The notes under the pieces are model-generated. The model saw only the letters and a list, made by a program, of their open reading frames with translations. It was not told where the DNA came from and made no database searches. 64,000 bases of DNA from Octopus sinensis (taxonomy: Eukaryota). Location of the stretch: NCBI RefSeq assembly GCF_006345805.1, contig NC_043019.1, forward strand, positions 24,799,360 to 24,863,359, in the 5' to 3' direction. Shown here piece after piece: positions 28,971 through 41,819 of the stretch (position 1 is the first letter of the stretch; the number at the start of each line of letters is the position of its first letter). The translations under genes were made by a program, and so were the position numbers.

Positions 28971-29232
28971 TGTATGTGTGAGTGTATGTATGTATGTATA
29001 TGTAGGTATGTATATTATATGTGTTTGTTTTTGTGTCTGTGTTCGTCCTCCTACCATCGCTTCAAACCGATGTTGGTGTGTCTGCGTCCCCGTAACATAG
29101 CGGTTCGACAAAAAAGAACGACAGAATAAGTACCAGGCTTAACAAATAAGTATTGGGATCGATTCATTCGACTAAAATTTCTAGGCAGTGCCCCAGCATG
29201 GCCGCAGTCTCAAGTCAAAACTAAAAGATAAA
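28625..29232 (+). mobile_element. SINE family A with expanded internal (TA)n/(TG)n
   Basis: Head at 28625-28790 and tail at about 29030-29232, separated by about 240 bp of microsatellite. Confidence 0.8.
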
Positions 29233-29271
29233 AGACACACACACACATATATATACATATGTATACATATG

Positions 29272-29325
<54 letters not shown>

Positions 29326-29561
29326 ATATAATATGTGTGTGTGTGGTGTGTGTGTATACATACGTTATATATGTATCTATCTATGTATGTGTGTATGTAT
29401 CTGGTCACATATCACCTACAACATCAACTGGAACAATTTTTCTCCCTTAATATTTCTCCTGTTTGTTTACACAGGTGTTAACCACGTGATCATCTTCACC
29501 AAATCACATGCATCAGCAAAATTGCACATATTTCTCTGACTATAAGAAACGAATATTAGAA

Positions 29562-29611
<50 letters not shown>

Positions 29612-29762
29612 ATGCCCAATCAACATTTTTTCCCCTATTTTACTATTTTCCTTGTTGCAAACACCCTTTTCATCTCAGTCATGAGCAGCCCACCCAGGGT
29701 TAAACTCTGAGTAACCTCTCAACTTTTGATGCAATAAGCATGCTATATACATATACATACAT

Positions 29763-29872
<110 letters not shown>

Positions 29873-29873
29873 T

Positions 29874-29923
<50 letters not shown>

Positions 29924-29940
29924 AATATATATTCTCCTTC

Positions 29941-30346
29941 TCTTTTCTCTTTTACTTGTTTCAGTCATTTGACTGCAGCCATGCTGGAGCACCGCTTTTA
30001 ATCGAGCAAATCGACCCCGGGACTTATTCTTTGTAAGCCCAGTACTTATTCTATCGGTCTTTTTTTGCCGAACCGCTAAGTTACGGAGACGTAAACACAC
30101 CAGCATCGGTTGTCAAGCAATGCTAGGGCGACAAACACAAACACACAAACACACACACATACATTATATATATATATACATATATACGACAGGCTTCTTT
30201 CAGTTTCCGTCTACCAAATCCACTCACAAGGCTTTGGTCGGCCCGAGGCTATAGTAGAAGACACTTGCCCAAGGTGCCACGCAGTGGGACTGAACCCGGA
30301 ACCATGTGGTTCGTAAGCAAGCTACTTTACACACAGCCACCCCTGT
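29941..30346 (-). mobile_element. SINE family A, full length
   Basis: Reverse complement of the 37572-37981 copy. Confidence 0.88.
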
Positions 30347-30415
30347 ATATATATATACACATATAAACATATTCATAAATACAAACATAACACATATGGA
30401 TACCAACAGATATCG

Positions 30416-30480
<65 letters not shown>

Positions 30481-30969
30481 GTTGAACATATATATAGTTT
30501 TGTCGTGAAAGGTAGGCTGAGAAATCTAGCCAAGTTCTCTGCAGCACGGCGCGCGTATTGGACTGACGACCGTTTTATCTTGTCAAATAAAAAGGAACCC
30601 AGATCTACTTAGAACGTGTTTGTCAGTTCACACAGCAAGACTTGTACATGTTTTTCAACAATATAAACTTCAATATACTAAAACAACTTTAATGTTCATG
30701 CTGTGTTAGAGAGACTTAGTCATCTCTGAATAGTTATGAAGCTGATACAAAAGTAAGTGAACCAACTGGGAACATTTTCTCTCGATTCATGAGATATGTT
30801 TGTAACATATTTAAACGAATTCTAACAAAATTCTAAAGTATAGATCTGAAACTGTTAATAATTCGATAGCTGTACCGTTCTCTTTCATTCTGTATTTTCT
30901 GTTGACTGTATAGTTTACTCACCTGAAAAACTGAACAGAAGCGCCGTTTACCATATATACCATAAGATA

Positions 30970-31355
30970 GTGGAGGCGCAAAGGCCCAGTGGTTAGGGCA
31001 GCGGACTCGCGGTCGTAGGATCGCGGTTTCGATTCTCAGACCGGGCGTTGTGAGTGTTTATTGAGCGAAAACACCTAAAAGCTCCACGAGGCTCCGGCAG
31101 GGGATGGTGGTGATCCCTGCTGTACTCTTTCACCACAACTTTCTCTCACTCTTACTTCCTGTTTCTGTTGTACCTGTATTTCAAAGGGCCGGCCTTGTCA
31201 CTCTCTGTGTCACGCTGAATATCCCCGAGAACTACGTTAAGGGTACACGTGTCTGTGGAGTGCTCAACTACTTACACGTTAATTTCACGAGCAGGCTGTT
31301 CCGTTGATTCGGATCAACCGGAACCCTCATCGTCGTAACCGACGGAGTGCTTCCT
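30970..31355 (+). mobile_element. SINE family C, full length with 14-bp TSD
   Basis: TSD tataccataagata at 30956-30969 and 31356-31369. Nearly identical to the 18751 copy. Confidence 0.93.
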
Positions 31356-31369
31356 TATACCATAAGATA

Positions 31370-31880
31370 AATGTTGATGATTTAGTCAAAATCATGTCAA
31401 AATTAAAAAAACAACACTTAACTGCAATTTTAAATAATTTGATTTCAAAATTACAATAAATTCGAACTCGAAAATAGTAAATTTTCTAGATGTAATATTG
31501 AATCTAAACACAATTAAATGCTCCACCTTTTGTAGCGGAAGTGATAAAGTACATAATAGAGACTCCAACCACGATAAAAAAAAAGCACACTGCATTATAG
31601 ATAAGACTAAGGCACGTATATCTAATCTAACTTAAGAGCTATTTAATAAAGGTAATCTATGCTACTTTAGAGCATGTAACTTTAACGAGAAGCTAAAATA
31701 AATAACCCAACCGATATCAAATAGCGTTAGTATAAAATATAAAAAATACTTTAGCTTAATCTTTCTTACAGATTAAATGTAGCCACAAATATAGCAAGAA
31801 CTTTCATAACAATAACATGCTCTTCTTCACTTATATAACACGAAATTTTCTAGAAAGTTAATCTACATCTTTATATGCCA
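31370..31880 (+). mobile_element. Penelope-like RT fragment, decayed
   Basis: FKITI..NSKIVNFLDVILNLNT and SNH motifs typical of PLE RT. Confidence 0.6.
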
Positions 31881-32149
31881 TATTTGATAAAGCATCTCTA
31901 ATCTACTTCGTTTTTGTAGTTGGTTTTGCAAGATTCTTGAAGTGAATTCGTGTATTGAGACAAATCTTATTGTGTCTTGGGAGGGTCATTACACCAATAA
32001 TAATAATAATACAAATAAACACACGCACTGGTTCAATACCACCTCTTTATTTTACCAGCTAACTATTCAATGTGCAATCAACACATCAAACGAACCACTG
32101 AATAAAATAAAGATGTGGGATTGAACCAGTGCGTGTGATTATTTAAATT

Positions 32150-33400
32150 TCGGTTAGCATAATGATTCTTCACAATCACAACAGCATTTCTGATCACATT
32201 CCTAAATTCCAAACAACCGAACTTGAATGTGATTGATGGAAATATCTGTTGAAAGAAAACAGACGACATAGTAAAGACGTATAGCGGGTTAACAGAGAAC
32301 ACTTTTAAGACTAAATACACACAACACACCAATTCGCTCAGAATTAAGAGTAAGAGAAATGCTATGTCACTTTCTATACACGTTTGTAATTTTTCAAACA
32401 CAAACGGGAAGCAAGTCCACAATAAAATAGAGTATTGTTGCCGAAGGCATAACGCCACCAGTTATATGTATACTCAAGAAGCTCAAGACCCCGACTCATT
32501 CCTTCGATACAACTGGCACCAAATTTGAGACTACATCTGTTCCAGTGTTGTGTATACCAATGATCCACGGACATGTGGTAGTTCGTAAGGTGCCAGCTAC
32601 TAGCGTTCAGAAGATAGGCGGCAAAATACATTTTATCAAAGGCATTAGTAAATCTTGATTTCACACGGTGAATATTTACATGTTATTACACACATGTGAG
32701 TGAGAACACTTTGAGATATTTTTAGTATCTAACATATGTCAGATACTGCGAGCACTGCTTCTGATTGGTCAATCCATGGTGATGACCCGAGGTCACGGTG
32801 ACGGCACTACTTTTGTCATTCATAAGTTACAACTAAACTTCATTCATTACTTTCTAAACAGTCATCAGTTATCAGTCATTTCACCCGAAAACTTAGCGCT
32901 ATAAAGTCGGACTATCTTCCTGCGGCATGACATCTTTTACAGTTACACATTGTGACGTCACTGACGTGAAATCAAGCTGTATTCATGCGCGCTTCAACAC
33001 GATGTGAAGAATTTAGTTATTGGGTTAATAAAATATAGTCGTTTATTCGTGTGTAATAAATAAAATACCAAACTCATTCCCTATGGATACCGTATTTATT
33101 ACAACTCGTGGCTTGTAATAAATACGGTATCCATAGGGAACTCGTTTGGTATTCTCTATTTCTCAAATACATGTATCCCTTCACTGGTTATTATATTTTA
33201 TACCTCTTTATCGAATATTAAAAACTAGATTACCAGAACACGTTATTGGTCAACCAGCTTATATAACTTGAATTCTATTCCACTGTGTTGTGCATTTGGT
33301 TCTAAATTGTTCCATTTCATCTGTTAGTAATTGATATCATAATAATTGAGAATGTAACCGATGATAGCTTGTTGTTTTTTTTATCTAGATGTAGAAGAGA
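32150..33400 (-). pseudogene. Possible decayed rhodopsin-family GPCR, split by an insertion
   Basis: Hydrophobic segments resembling TM3 (SSVTFSIIMISI), TM6 (LVALCL...ILLWTCFPFVF) and TM7/H8 (FSVNPLYVFTMSSVF). Many stops. Confidence 0.3.
32650..33160. mobile_element. Non-autonomous DNA element with a long terminal hairpin (class unresolved)
   Basis: Inverted ttattacacac/gtgtgtaataa motifs and a 28-bp perfect stem (33077-33104 with 33113-33140). Confidence 0.55.
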
Positions 33401-33548
33401 AAATTTATTAAACCAAATTTAAGGAAATCAAAGCGACAAAATTATATTTCACTAAATGTTTTGCTGAAAAATAAAAACTCAGATTAGATTGGATTGGACC
33501 GCATCAAGTAGTTTCAAAAACATGCGCGCATACGTACGCACACACACA

Positions 33549-33579
<31 letters not shown>

Positions 33580-35305
33580 CACCATGATTTTTGTTGTTTA
33601 ACCCTGAGTCAGCAGAGTTATTAGCATAGGCATTCAAGCCGCGACTGTTCTCCCTTTTTGTATATGAAGGACTATATTTACAATACCCTTCCTTTTTTTT
33701 ACTACAAGAAATGTGTGAATTGAAAGAGATTTAGCTGCTCTTTATAACAAGTCAATCCACCACATGGAGATTCGCTCGTTGGCTTGAACAAGCCCTCGGT
33801 TTCATCACGTTGTTGTGGCTGCTTTAACTTTGATCAAAGACGCTCATGGTCAAAGACGCTCATGGTCAAAGACGCTCCAGCCGAAACCATTCCGCTTTTT
33901 TTCTTTCTCATGCATAGTATATCTAGGACTTCATTACCTAATTTATCCTTTCTGTTTTAAAGCGGTCGAAGAACGCATAAGTCGTCTCCTGGTGGTTTTA
34001 TTACGTTGTTGAATCAGCCGTCAGGAGATAGAACAACAAAGAGAAAAAAAGGAAGACGAGAGTGATTGATGTTTCTGTAAGTAACGATGGCACTTCTTCC
34101 ATACAGCGAAACACACAGATTGTACAACGACTGCCAACCTTTTCATATATTTGTACACGTGCAATCTGTACGCTCAATGCACATATGTAAAAACAAAAGC
34201 ACTAACACTCTCATTATATTTTATACACATTATAAGTGCGTGTATATACGTTTATGTGCGTATGGGTGTATAGGTAGATAGCCACATTCATACGCTCATA
34301 TATGCGTGCATCTATATATATATAAATGTATGTGAGTGTGTCTATGCGTATACATATTATATATATTATATATATATATTATATATATATATATATATAT
34401 GCAAGCACTTAAACCCTCATATATCAAACACACATAAATAAATAGATGAATACATACACACTTAAATATTTACATGTGTGTACACACACATGCCCATATA
34501 CATACATACATACATACATACATACATACATACATACATACATACATACATACATACAACATACATACATACATACATACATACATACATACATACCAAT
34601 GAAAACAGAAATTGGATGTTGGAAATACGAAACGAAGGAATATGGCAGTGACTGAACAAAAACTCTAAAATAAATGAGAAAATGTTAAAATATCTGCCGG
34701 AATAAAATTTCTTAGGAATAAAAAGAAACTTAGAAAAATGCAATAGAAGTGGATAATGTAAATAAATGGAAGAAATCACTCAGTGACGTTGATGTGAGAG
34801 GGAATTTACTGAGCAGACGATAACGTTGTCGTATTGTTATAGGAGAAACCACTGAGCAGACGACAGATAATATATGTCGTTACGTGTAAGATAGATTGTT
34901 AAACATAAACATATGATGCAAAGGAGAAGGAGGAAAAGGAAGAAGAAATAAGCAAAGAAAAAAGAATAAAGAAGGAAATAAATAATGAAAGAAAGAAGGA
35001 AGAAAGAAAGAAAGAAGGAAGGAAAGGTTTGAAGGAAGGAAAATGCTGAAATCATAGAAATTTATGTTTTAGGCTAAAACGGTTTGCAGTCGTGCAGCTT
35101 TGGTGCGTTGCTATTTCAAGGATTATAGTTTTGTCTAGGCAGCCCCTCCAGTTTCTTTGGAGAGAGAAAGGGAGAGAGGTAGAGAATGGGAAAGAAAGAA
35201 GTGAGGAAGTGTAAAGCCAATGTTATTGGCTGAATATTTCAGGGAGTAGATTCATTAAAAATTTACTTAGATGCACAGAAAGAGAGAGAGAGAGAGAGAG
35301 AGAGT

Positions 35306-35338
<33 letters not shown>

Positions 35339-36265
35339 TGAGTGAGAGAGAGAGAGAGAGAGTGTGTGTGTGTGTGTGTGTGTGTGTGAGACAGAGAGAG
35401 AAAGACAGACAGAGAAATGAGGGGGATAAAGAGAAAAGAAAGAGGCACAGAAAGAGAAGTATTGAAAGAGATAGAGAAATAGAAAAAGAGAGAGACAGGC
35501 TTAAATGGAAAGGAAGGAAATAGATATTGAATAGATAGTAAAACGTATTTTAAAAGGGAATCTAGAAACGTCTAGAATCTGGCAACTTGTATTTTCTTCT
35601 CTCACCAATGCAGACGAAAATTTTTGCCTGTTTGATGTTTTCAAAATCATTACTGAAAATGCTTTTTGCAGATGAACATATAATAAATTTGGAGTGAAAA
35701 GGAACCGCAGCTAAACTGTAAAAAGAAGGCTAAGAATTATCATTAAACAAGAAATGAAATTGTACACAATGCACATGTACTTATTCATTTTCTACATCTC
35801 ATGACAAAACTAAAGTATTTTTCTCCTGCCTAAACTTACATCGGAAGCACTAATTTCATCGGAAACACCAATTTCAAATTTTAAAACTTCGTAGTTACTG
35901 ATAGAAGTTCAAATATTATTCTAATCTTGTGCAAGAAACAGATTCAATTTTGGCACCGAGCAAAACCAAACTATCTGCCTGTTAACTTGACACTTGACTA
36001 CTCAGTTTTCTTAAACCTTCAGATCGTTTGCCATTGCTGTCCATGAGTTTGTTGTCCCATCTCCAGACTGTTCCTTCTCTGTTCTTATCTGTTCTGCTCG
36101 GTTTATACATGAAGATATGTTTCTCGATTTAATCTAAGCTCAGCAAAAAGTCAAGATACGAACTCCCATATCCTCTTCTGCTGAAATACTGGTAATTGTT
36201 AAACCTTTCAGCCAAAGCTTCTTCTCCACTACAACAAGAACGGATTAAACTTACAGAACAACAAA

Positions 36266-36482
36266 ATGAGTCTTCACTTGATGTTATATCTGGTAAACAT
36301 GTTATTTGTTTTAGCAGCTTTTACAAGCGAACTTCACGAGCCCAAGCCGTGCCTTGTTAGTAAGTGGAGCCAATGGGAACGTTATGATGAAATCTTCTTT
36401 GTTCGGAGAAGGAAGATCCGAAGAAGACCAGATGTAGGTGGAAAAGAATGTCCTTTCTTCATCCAAGCCAAGACAGTTTCAG
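36266..36482 (+). CDS. First coding exon of a secreted protein: signal peptide plus reduced spondin-type TSP1 repeat
   Basis: aaaATG context. Hydrophobic N-terminus MSLHLMLYLVNMLFVLAAFTS, then PCLVSKWSQW...RRRKIRRRPDVGGKECP, matching CxVSxWSxW...RxRxI...PxxGGxxCP. Phase-1 donor AG|gttag at 36483. Possible upstream acceptor ctttcag at 36211. Confidence 0.7.
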
Positions 36483-36794
36483 GTTAGCAGAATTATTTCA
36501 TTCTTACTCTGAGTTTCATTTAAAAATTTTGCCTAACATTTCTTAATGCCATACATTTTGATATTCTTTTAATTTCGCTTTTTGTTGATGCCACTGTTTT
36601 CGTCGTCGTCATCGTGGCTATTGTTGCTAATAATGGTTTCTTTCGATCAGAAGTAAACATAGGCAGCCATTTATTGAGAAAGGTATTGCTATGATGTTCA
36701 TCTTTTTTAAGTAATTAGATCCTTAAGGTCTCTTTAAAACTTTTTAGATTAATGTGCTTGATACTCAGTTAGATAGGAAACTACGATCAGGAAA

Positions 36795-37200
36795 GAAATG
36801 CTAGGGTTCTGCAGCTTTGGAAAGGTATGATTTGATGATGTGTTTAGATGTGGATTTTGATGAATGGCGTATCGTCGAGATGTCACAAAGAGAGGAGAGA
36901 AACAGGGGAGGGTGATTGAGCGGAGGAATCATACGGCCTGGTAGTTCAGAGGAGTAGTGGCTGTTGTAGAAGCGGTAAAGATAAAGAATAGTTAGTTCAA
37001 GAATCAACGATTGTAATGTGTTGTGAAAAAGAGTCGTTGCTAATCAGCCGCAGAGACTTTTTTGGGGTATGATGTGACTGTGAGTGCGTGGCGTAGTAGC
37101 AACAATAACATCAAAGATATGTGAGTAGTGATCCAAGACGGTCGCACTTGAGCTTCTTCTGGGTCAGGATCTAAACAAAGATGGGGATTTTCTGGCACTG
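36795..37200 (-). mobile_element. L2/Crack-like LINE 3' fragment
   Basis: LYLYRFYNSHYSSEL...PPL motif of the RT C-terminal region. Confidence 0.55.
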
Positions 37201-37255
37201 GAGAGGAAACAAAAGTTTTCACTATGTTCTCTCTCTCTCTCACTCTCTTTCTACA

Positions 37256-37370
<115 letters not shown>

Positions 37371-37381
37371 CATACACACAA

Positions 37382-37414
<33 letters not shown>

Positions 37415-37571
37415 TGTATATATATACATATATATGTATATATATACACATATATATATATGTATATATATATGTATATATATAATAATATATACATATA
37501 TATGTATGTATATATTATGTATATATATGTATATATGTATATATATATGTGTATATATATTTATATGTATA

Positions 37572-37981
37572 GACGTAGGAGTGGCTGTGTGGTAAGTAGC
37601 TTGCTAACCAACCACATGATTCCGGGTTCAGTCCCACTACGTGGCATCTTGGGCAAGTGTCTTCTGCTATAGCCCCGGGCCGACCAATGCCTTGTGAGTG
37701 GATTTGGTAGACGGAAACAGAAAGAAGCCCGTCGTATATATGTATATATATATATATATATGTGTGTGTGTGCGTGTATGTGTTTGTGTATGTGTTTGTC
37801 CCCCTAGCATTGCTTGACAACCGATGCTGGTGTGTTTACGTCCCCGTCACTTTGCGGTTCGGCAAAAAGGGACCGATAGAATAAGTACTGGGCTTACAAA
37901 GAATAAGTCCCAGGGTCGATTTGCTCGACTAAAGGCGGTGCTCCAGCATGGCCGCAGTCAAATGACTGAAACAATAAAAGA
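37572..37981 (+). mobile_element. SINE family A, full length
   Basis: tRNA-like head, CORE-like cttgggcaagt, internal (TA)(TG) tract, tail ccgcagtcaaatgactgaaac. Confidence 0.9.
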
Positions 37982-38098
37982 AATATATATGTATATATAT
38001 GTGTGTATATATATATAATATATATATGTATATATATATATGTATATATATATATTATATATATATATATACATATAGATATATGTATATATTATATG

Positions 38099-38166
<68 letters not shown>

Positions 38167-38258
38167 TATATATACATATATATATACATACATATATATT
38201 ATATATATATATTATATATATTTACACATATATATATATACATATATATATACTACAT

Positions 38259-38289
<31 letters not shown>

Positions 38290-38353
38290 TATAATATATA
38301 TATATCTTATATATATATATATATCTATATATATATCTATATATATATATATT

Positions 38354-40230
38354 ATTGAAATAGAAAGATGAATAATCTTGTAGTAGATTAATCAAAAGTT
38401 TAACCGATACCTTAGTAGCAAAAATCACAGCAGTGAACAGCACGGTTGGAGGTACAACCATCTGGGTTGCAACCGTGCGTTGGTGCGGATAATTGAAATT
38501 AAAACATTATTGGTGAATTGAAGAATGGAGCTGAACGCAGATTGAACAGAAATCGTTTTATTTCATTCTACACGTGTTTCGAAAGGCACAAATTACCAAA
38601 ATCCGATTGAATAATGGGACCATATTGTGTCTTTCTCTTCAGGAAGAAAAAAGGAAATCCGTTGAAAAACAAAAACAGAACAGAGGCAGAGCAAAAACAA
38701 ATCGAACTGTGCTCCTAGAGCCCATGGCGAAACTGTTTATCAGTGTATGTTGAGAACCGGTGGCTGAAGAATTCAACAGGTCAGGCATCGGTCAAACATG
38801 TGGTGAGGGTGGGTTAGATTTCTTTGTGACCGAGAATAAAGTTTCTGACTATTTAAAGAATATTGGATGTTTTTAATAGGGCGAGAGAAAAATCTACTTA
38901 GAGACGTGTGTGTGTGTATACTGTTCTATATATGTGTGTGTTGGCGTAGGGGTAGAAAACATTTTTTGTGTACGTGTGTGTGCGTTTGATCGTTCGGCTG
39001 TCAGTGGCTACTGCCGTGATAACCGTTGGGTGGCAGAAAGAAAAAAATAAAGAATTTATAATATTTTTATGTTTTATGTGTGTGGTGTGTGTTCATCATC
39101 TAAGCCTACCTTGACAAGGAAACCCCCCGCTGTGAAAAAACAGCCCCGTTTGTCTTACAGGAGTATTTCCCTTGCAGTGGTTAATTGTAGATATCTTAAA
39201 TCTATTTCAGAATTTGTTACCAAGGGTATGGGTGCCGGTCTTATTTATAAACGCTATTTAAAGGCCAGATAAGTGTAACGCCGCCAATGGGGGCATCGAA
39301 AGCCGACTGTAAGAGCCCGTTTACCATCCGGCCTCGGCAAACAAAATATGGAAGAGTTCGGAGACACAAAGGTTGCACTGTCTTCTGCCCCTATCAAATG
39401 GGAGGGCCACCGACAAAATTGACCATTCCAGCCTATAGCTTAAGTTCGCATCCTCAGTCGCCATATTAGCTTACTGAGTCCCGTGGTCTGGCGCTTGTTC
39501 ACGTCCCGAAAAGTTGCGTAATGGTTGGAGACACGCAAAGACAATCTTGAGGATGATGCCCCTATATAAGTGAAGGCATCTGAGTCCGTGTAAACCTTGC
39601 ATTGGTAGACGGGCGTTTTTGATCTTGGAGTTCGCCGACGTGAATCTTACTCTGCTAGGATTGGTTTCTGAAATTAGAACTGCGTTCCTGTCACTATATT
39701 CGTTCCGAGACCTGCAGCCGCTTACTACTCATTTTCCACTACGTCACTATTAACTATAGGAATAACCCCTGATTCTCCACTATCTATCAGAGTGCTGTCA
39801 TTGCTACTGCCCGTGGTACTGCTATTGCGGAAATGATGCTGGGGATGCTAAGGGCCTCTACCCTACTCCCATTGTTACCATCAACCACAACACCCCTATT
39901 TATAACTATACCCCTAGTGGGTACTCCCTGCTGGCTGAGATTATGTTCACTGTACTGGCTCTCATATCATTATTACTACTATAATTATTCCTACTGAGCA
40001 TTAAACCGGGAGCGAAGAGGCTGCCTCCGGAAAAAGGTGATAGGGTCTTAGTAAGTAGCCTATTATTATGGGAGGCGATTATCGTGCGAGGTTTTAGTGT
40101 GGAGAAGCTATCCTAACTTTATGTGAGTTAACCGTGGAGTAATATTTGGAATTTCTGGGAAGTTATTGGCGATGGCTTGTCTAAACATGAGGGGGAGGTT
40201 AGTTCTAATCTGCTTACCAAGGGGATTACA
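38354..40230 (-). mobile_element. Penelope-like element 3' half (GIY-YIG endonuclease plus pseudo-LTR)
   Basis: Reverse complement of about 39610-39300 reads VYQCKVYTDSDAFTYIGASSSRLSLRVSNHYATFRDVNKRQTTGLSKLIWRL...WSILSVALPFDRGRRQCNLCVSE, with one frameshift. Ends in (TA)n. Confidence 0.85.
38561..38650 (-). ncRNA. Type-I hammerhead ribozyme in the PLE pseudo-LTR (left arm)
   Basis: Reverse complement: ttc CTGAAGA GAAAG...CTTTC GAAA CACGTG TA gaa. Confidence 0.85.
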
Positions 40231-40234
40231 AACC

Positions 40235-41250
40235 GTGAACAAGCGCCAGACCACGGGACTCAAGTAATCTCATATGGCGACTGAAGGATGCGAACTTAAG
40301 CTATAGGCTGGAAGGGTCAATTTTGTCGGTGGCCCTCCCATTTGATAGGGGCAGAAGACAGTGCAACCTTTGTGTCTCCGACTCTTCCATATTTTGTTTT
40401 GCCAGAGGCCGGATGGAACGGCTCTTACAGTCGGCTTTTCGATGCCCCCATTGGCGGCGTTTACACTTATCTGGCCTTAAATAGCGTTTATAAATAAGAC
40501 CGGCACCCATAGCCCTTGGTAACAAATTCTGAAATAGATTTTAAGATATCTAACAATTAACCACTGCAAGGGAAATTACTCCTGTAAGACAAACGGGGCT
40601 TGTTTTTTTCACAGCGGGGGGTTTCCTTGTCAAGGTAGGCTTAGATGAACACACACACACACACATAAAACATAAAATATATATATATAATTTCTTTATT
40701 TTTTTTCTTTCTGCCACCCAACGGTTATCACGCACGGCAGTAGCCACTGACAGCCGAACGATCAAACGCACACACGTACACAAAAATGTTTTCTACCCCT
40801 ACGCCAACACCCACATATATAGAACAGTATACACACACACACGTCTCTAAGTAGATTTTTCTCGCCCCTTATAAAACATCCAATATTCTTTAAATAGTCA
40901 GCTTTATTCTCGGTCACAAGAACATCTATACACCCTCACCCACATGTTTGACCGATGCCTGACCTGTTGAATTCTTCAGCCACCGGTTCTCAACAAGCAC
41001 TGATAAACAGTTTCGCCATGGGTCTTAGGAGCACACAGTTCGATTTGTTTTTTTGCTCTGCCTCTGTTCTGTTTTTGTTTTCCAACGGATTCCTTTTTTC
41101 TTCCTGAAGAGAAAGACACAATATGGTCCCATTATTCAATCGGATTTTGGTAATTTGTGCCTTTCGAAACACGTGTAGAATGAAATAAAACGATTTCTGT
41201 TCAATCTGCGTCAGCTCAGCTCCATTTCTTCATTCACCAATAATGTTTTA
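40235..41250 (+). mobile_element. Inverted partial copy of the same PLE 3' end
   Basis: Reverse complement of about 38503-39505, differing mostly by 1-bp indels. Ends in (TA)n. Confidence 0.9.
41096..41185 (+). ncRNA. Type-I hammerhead ribozyme in the PLE pseudo-LTR (right arm)
   Basis: Stem I ttc/gaa, core CTGAAGA (41104-41110), stem II GAAAG/CTTTC plus CACAA/TTGTG, GAAA (41166-41169), palindromic ACACGTGT, predicted cut after A41177. Confidence 0.85.
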
Positions 41251-41254
41251 TATA

Positions 41255-41315
<61 letters not shown>

Positions 41316-41819
41316 AAAATCAACTTAATTCAGTACCAACTTTTGTAGTATTTAAGATTGACAGAGTACCTGGGATTTGTAGGGAACGAGTTCGATCGAT
41401 TGACTCCTCAGTATAAGACTGGGGCTTATTTTACCGATTTCGTTGATTCTGACCGAATAGGATCCCAGAGAAAAGAATTAAAGGTAAAGATTTGCTAGTT
41501 AGAATCAAGACTAGATTTTATAGTGAGGTGGGTTGGAGTTTAGTAATCTTCATTGGTTTCTGTACAAGATGTTAATCTCGGCTTTTCAATCTGGGGGGAT
41601 GAAAGGAAAGTCGGCAACGATCAGGTTTAAATTTAGGACGTAAATGGATTTAACTAAACACCGGAAGGCACTTTGCCCATCGGAACTGTTGCTAAGGAAA
41701 TGGAGCTAAAGTACTAAGAGTGAAGTCGTTTGACACAAATTGACCTTGCACTCTGTCGCGCATGCACACTAAGTTATAATGATCCCGCTCGCTTCCATTG
41801 TTTATAGCAGTGCTTGAAA

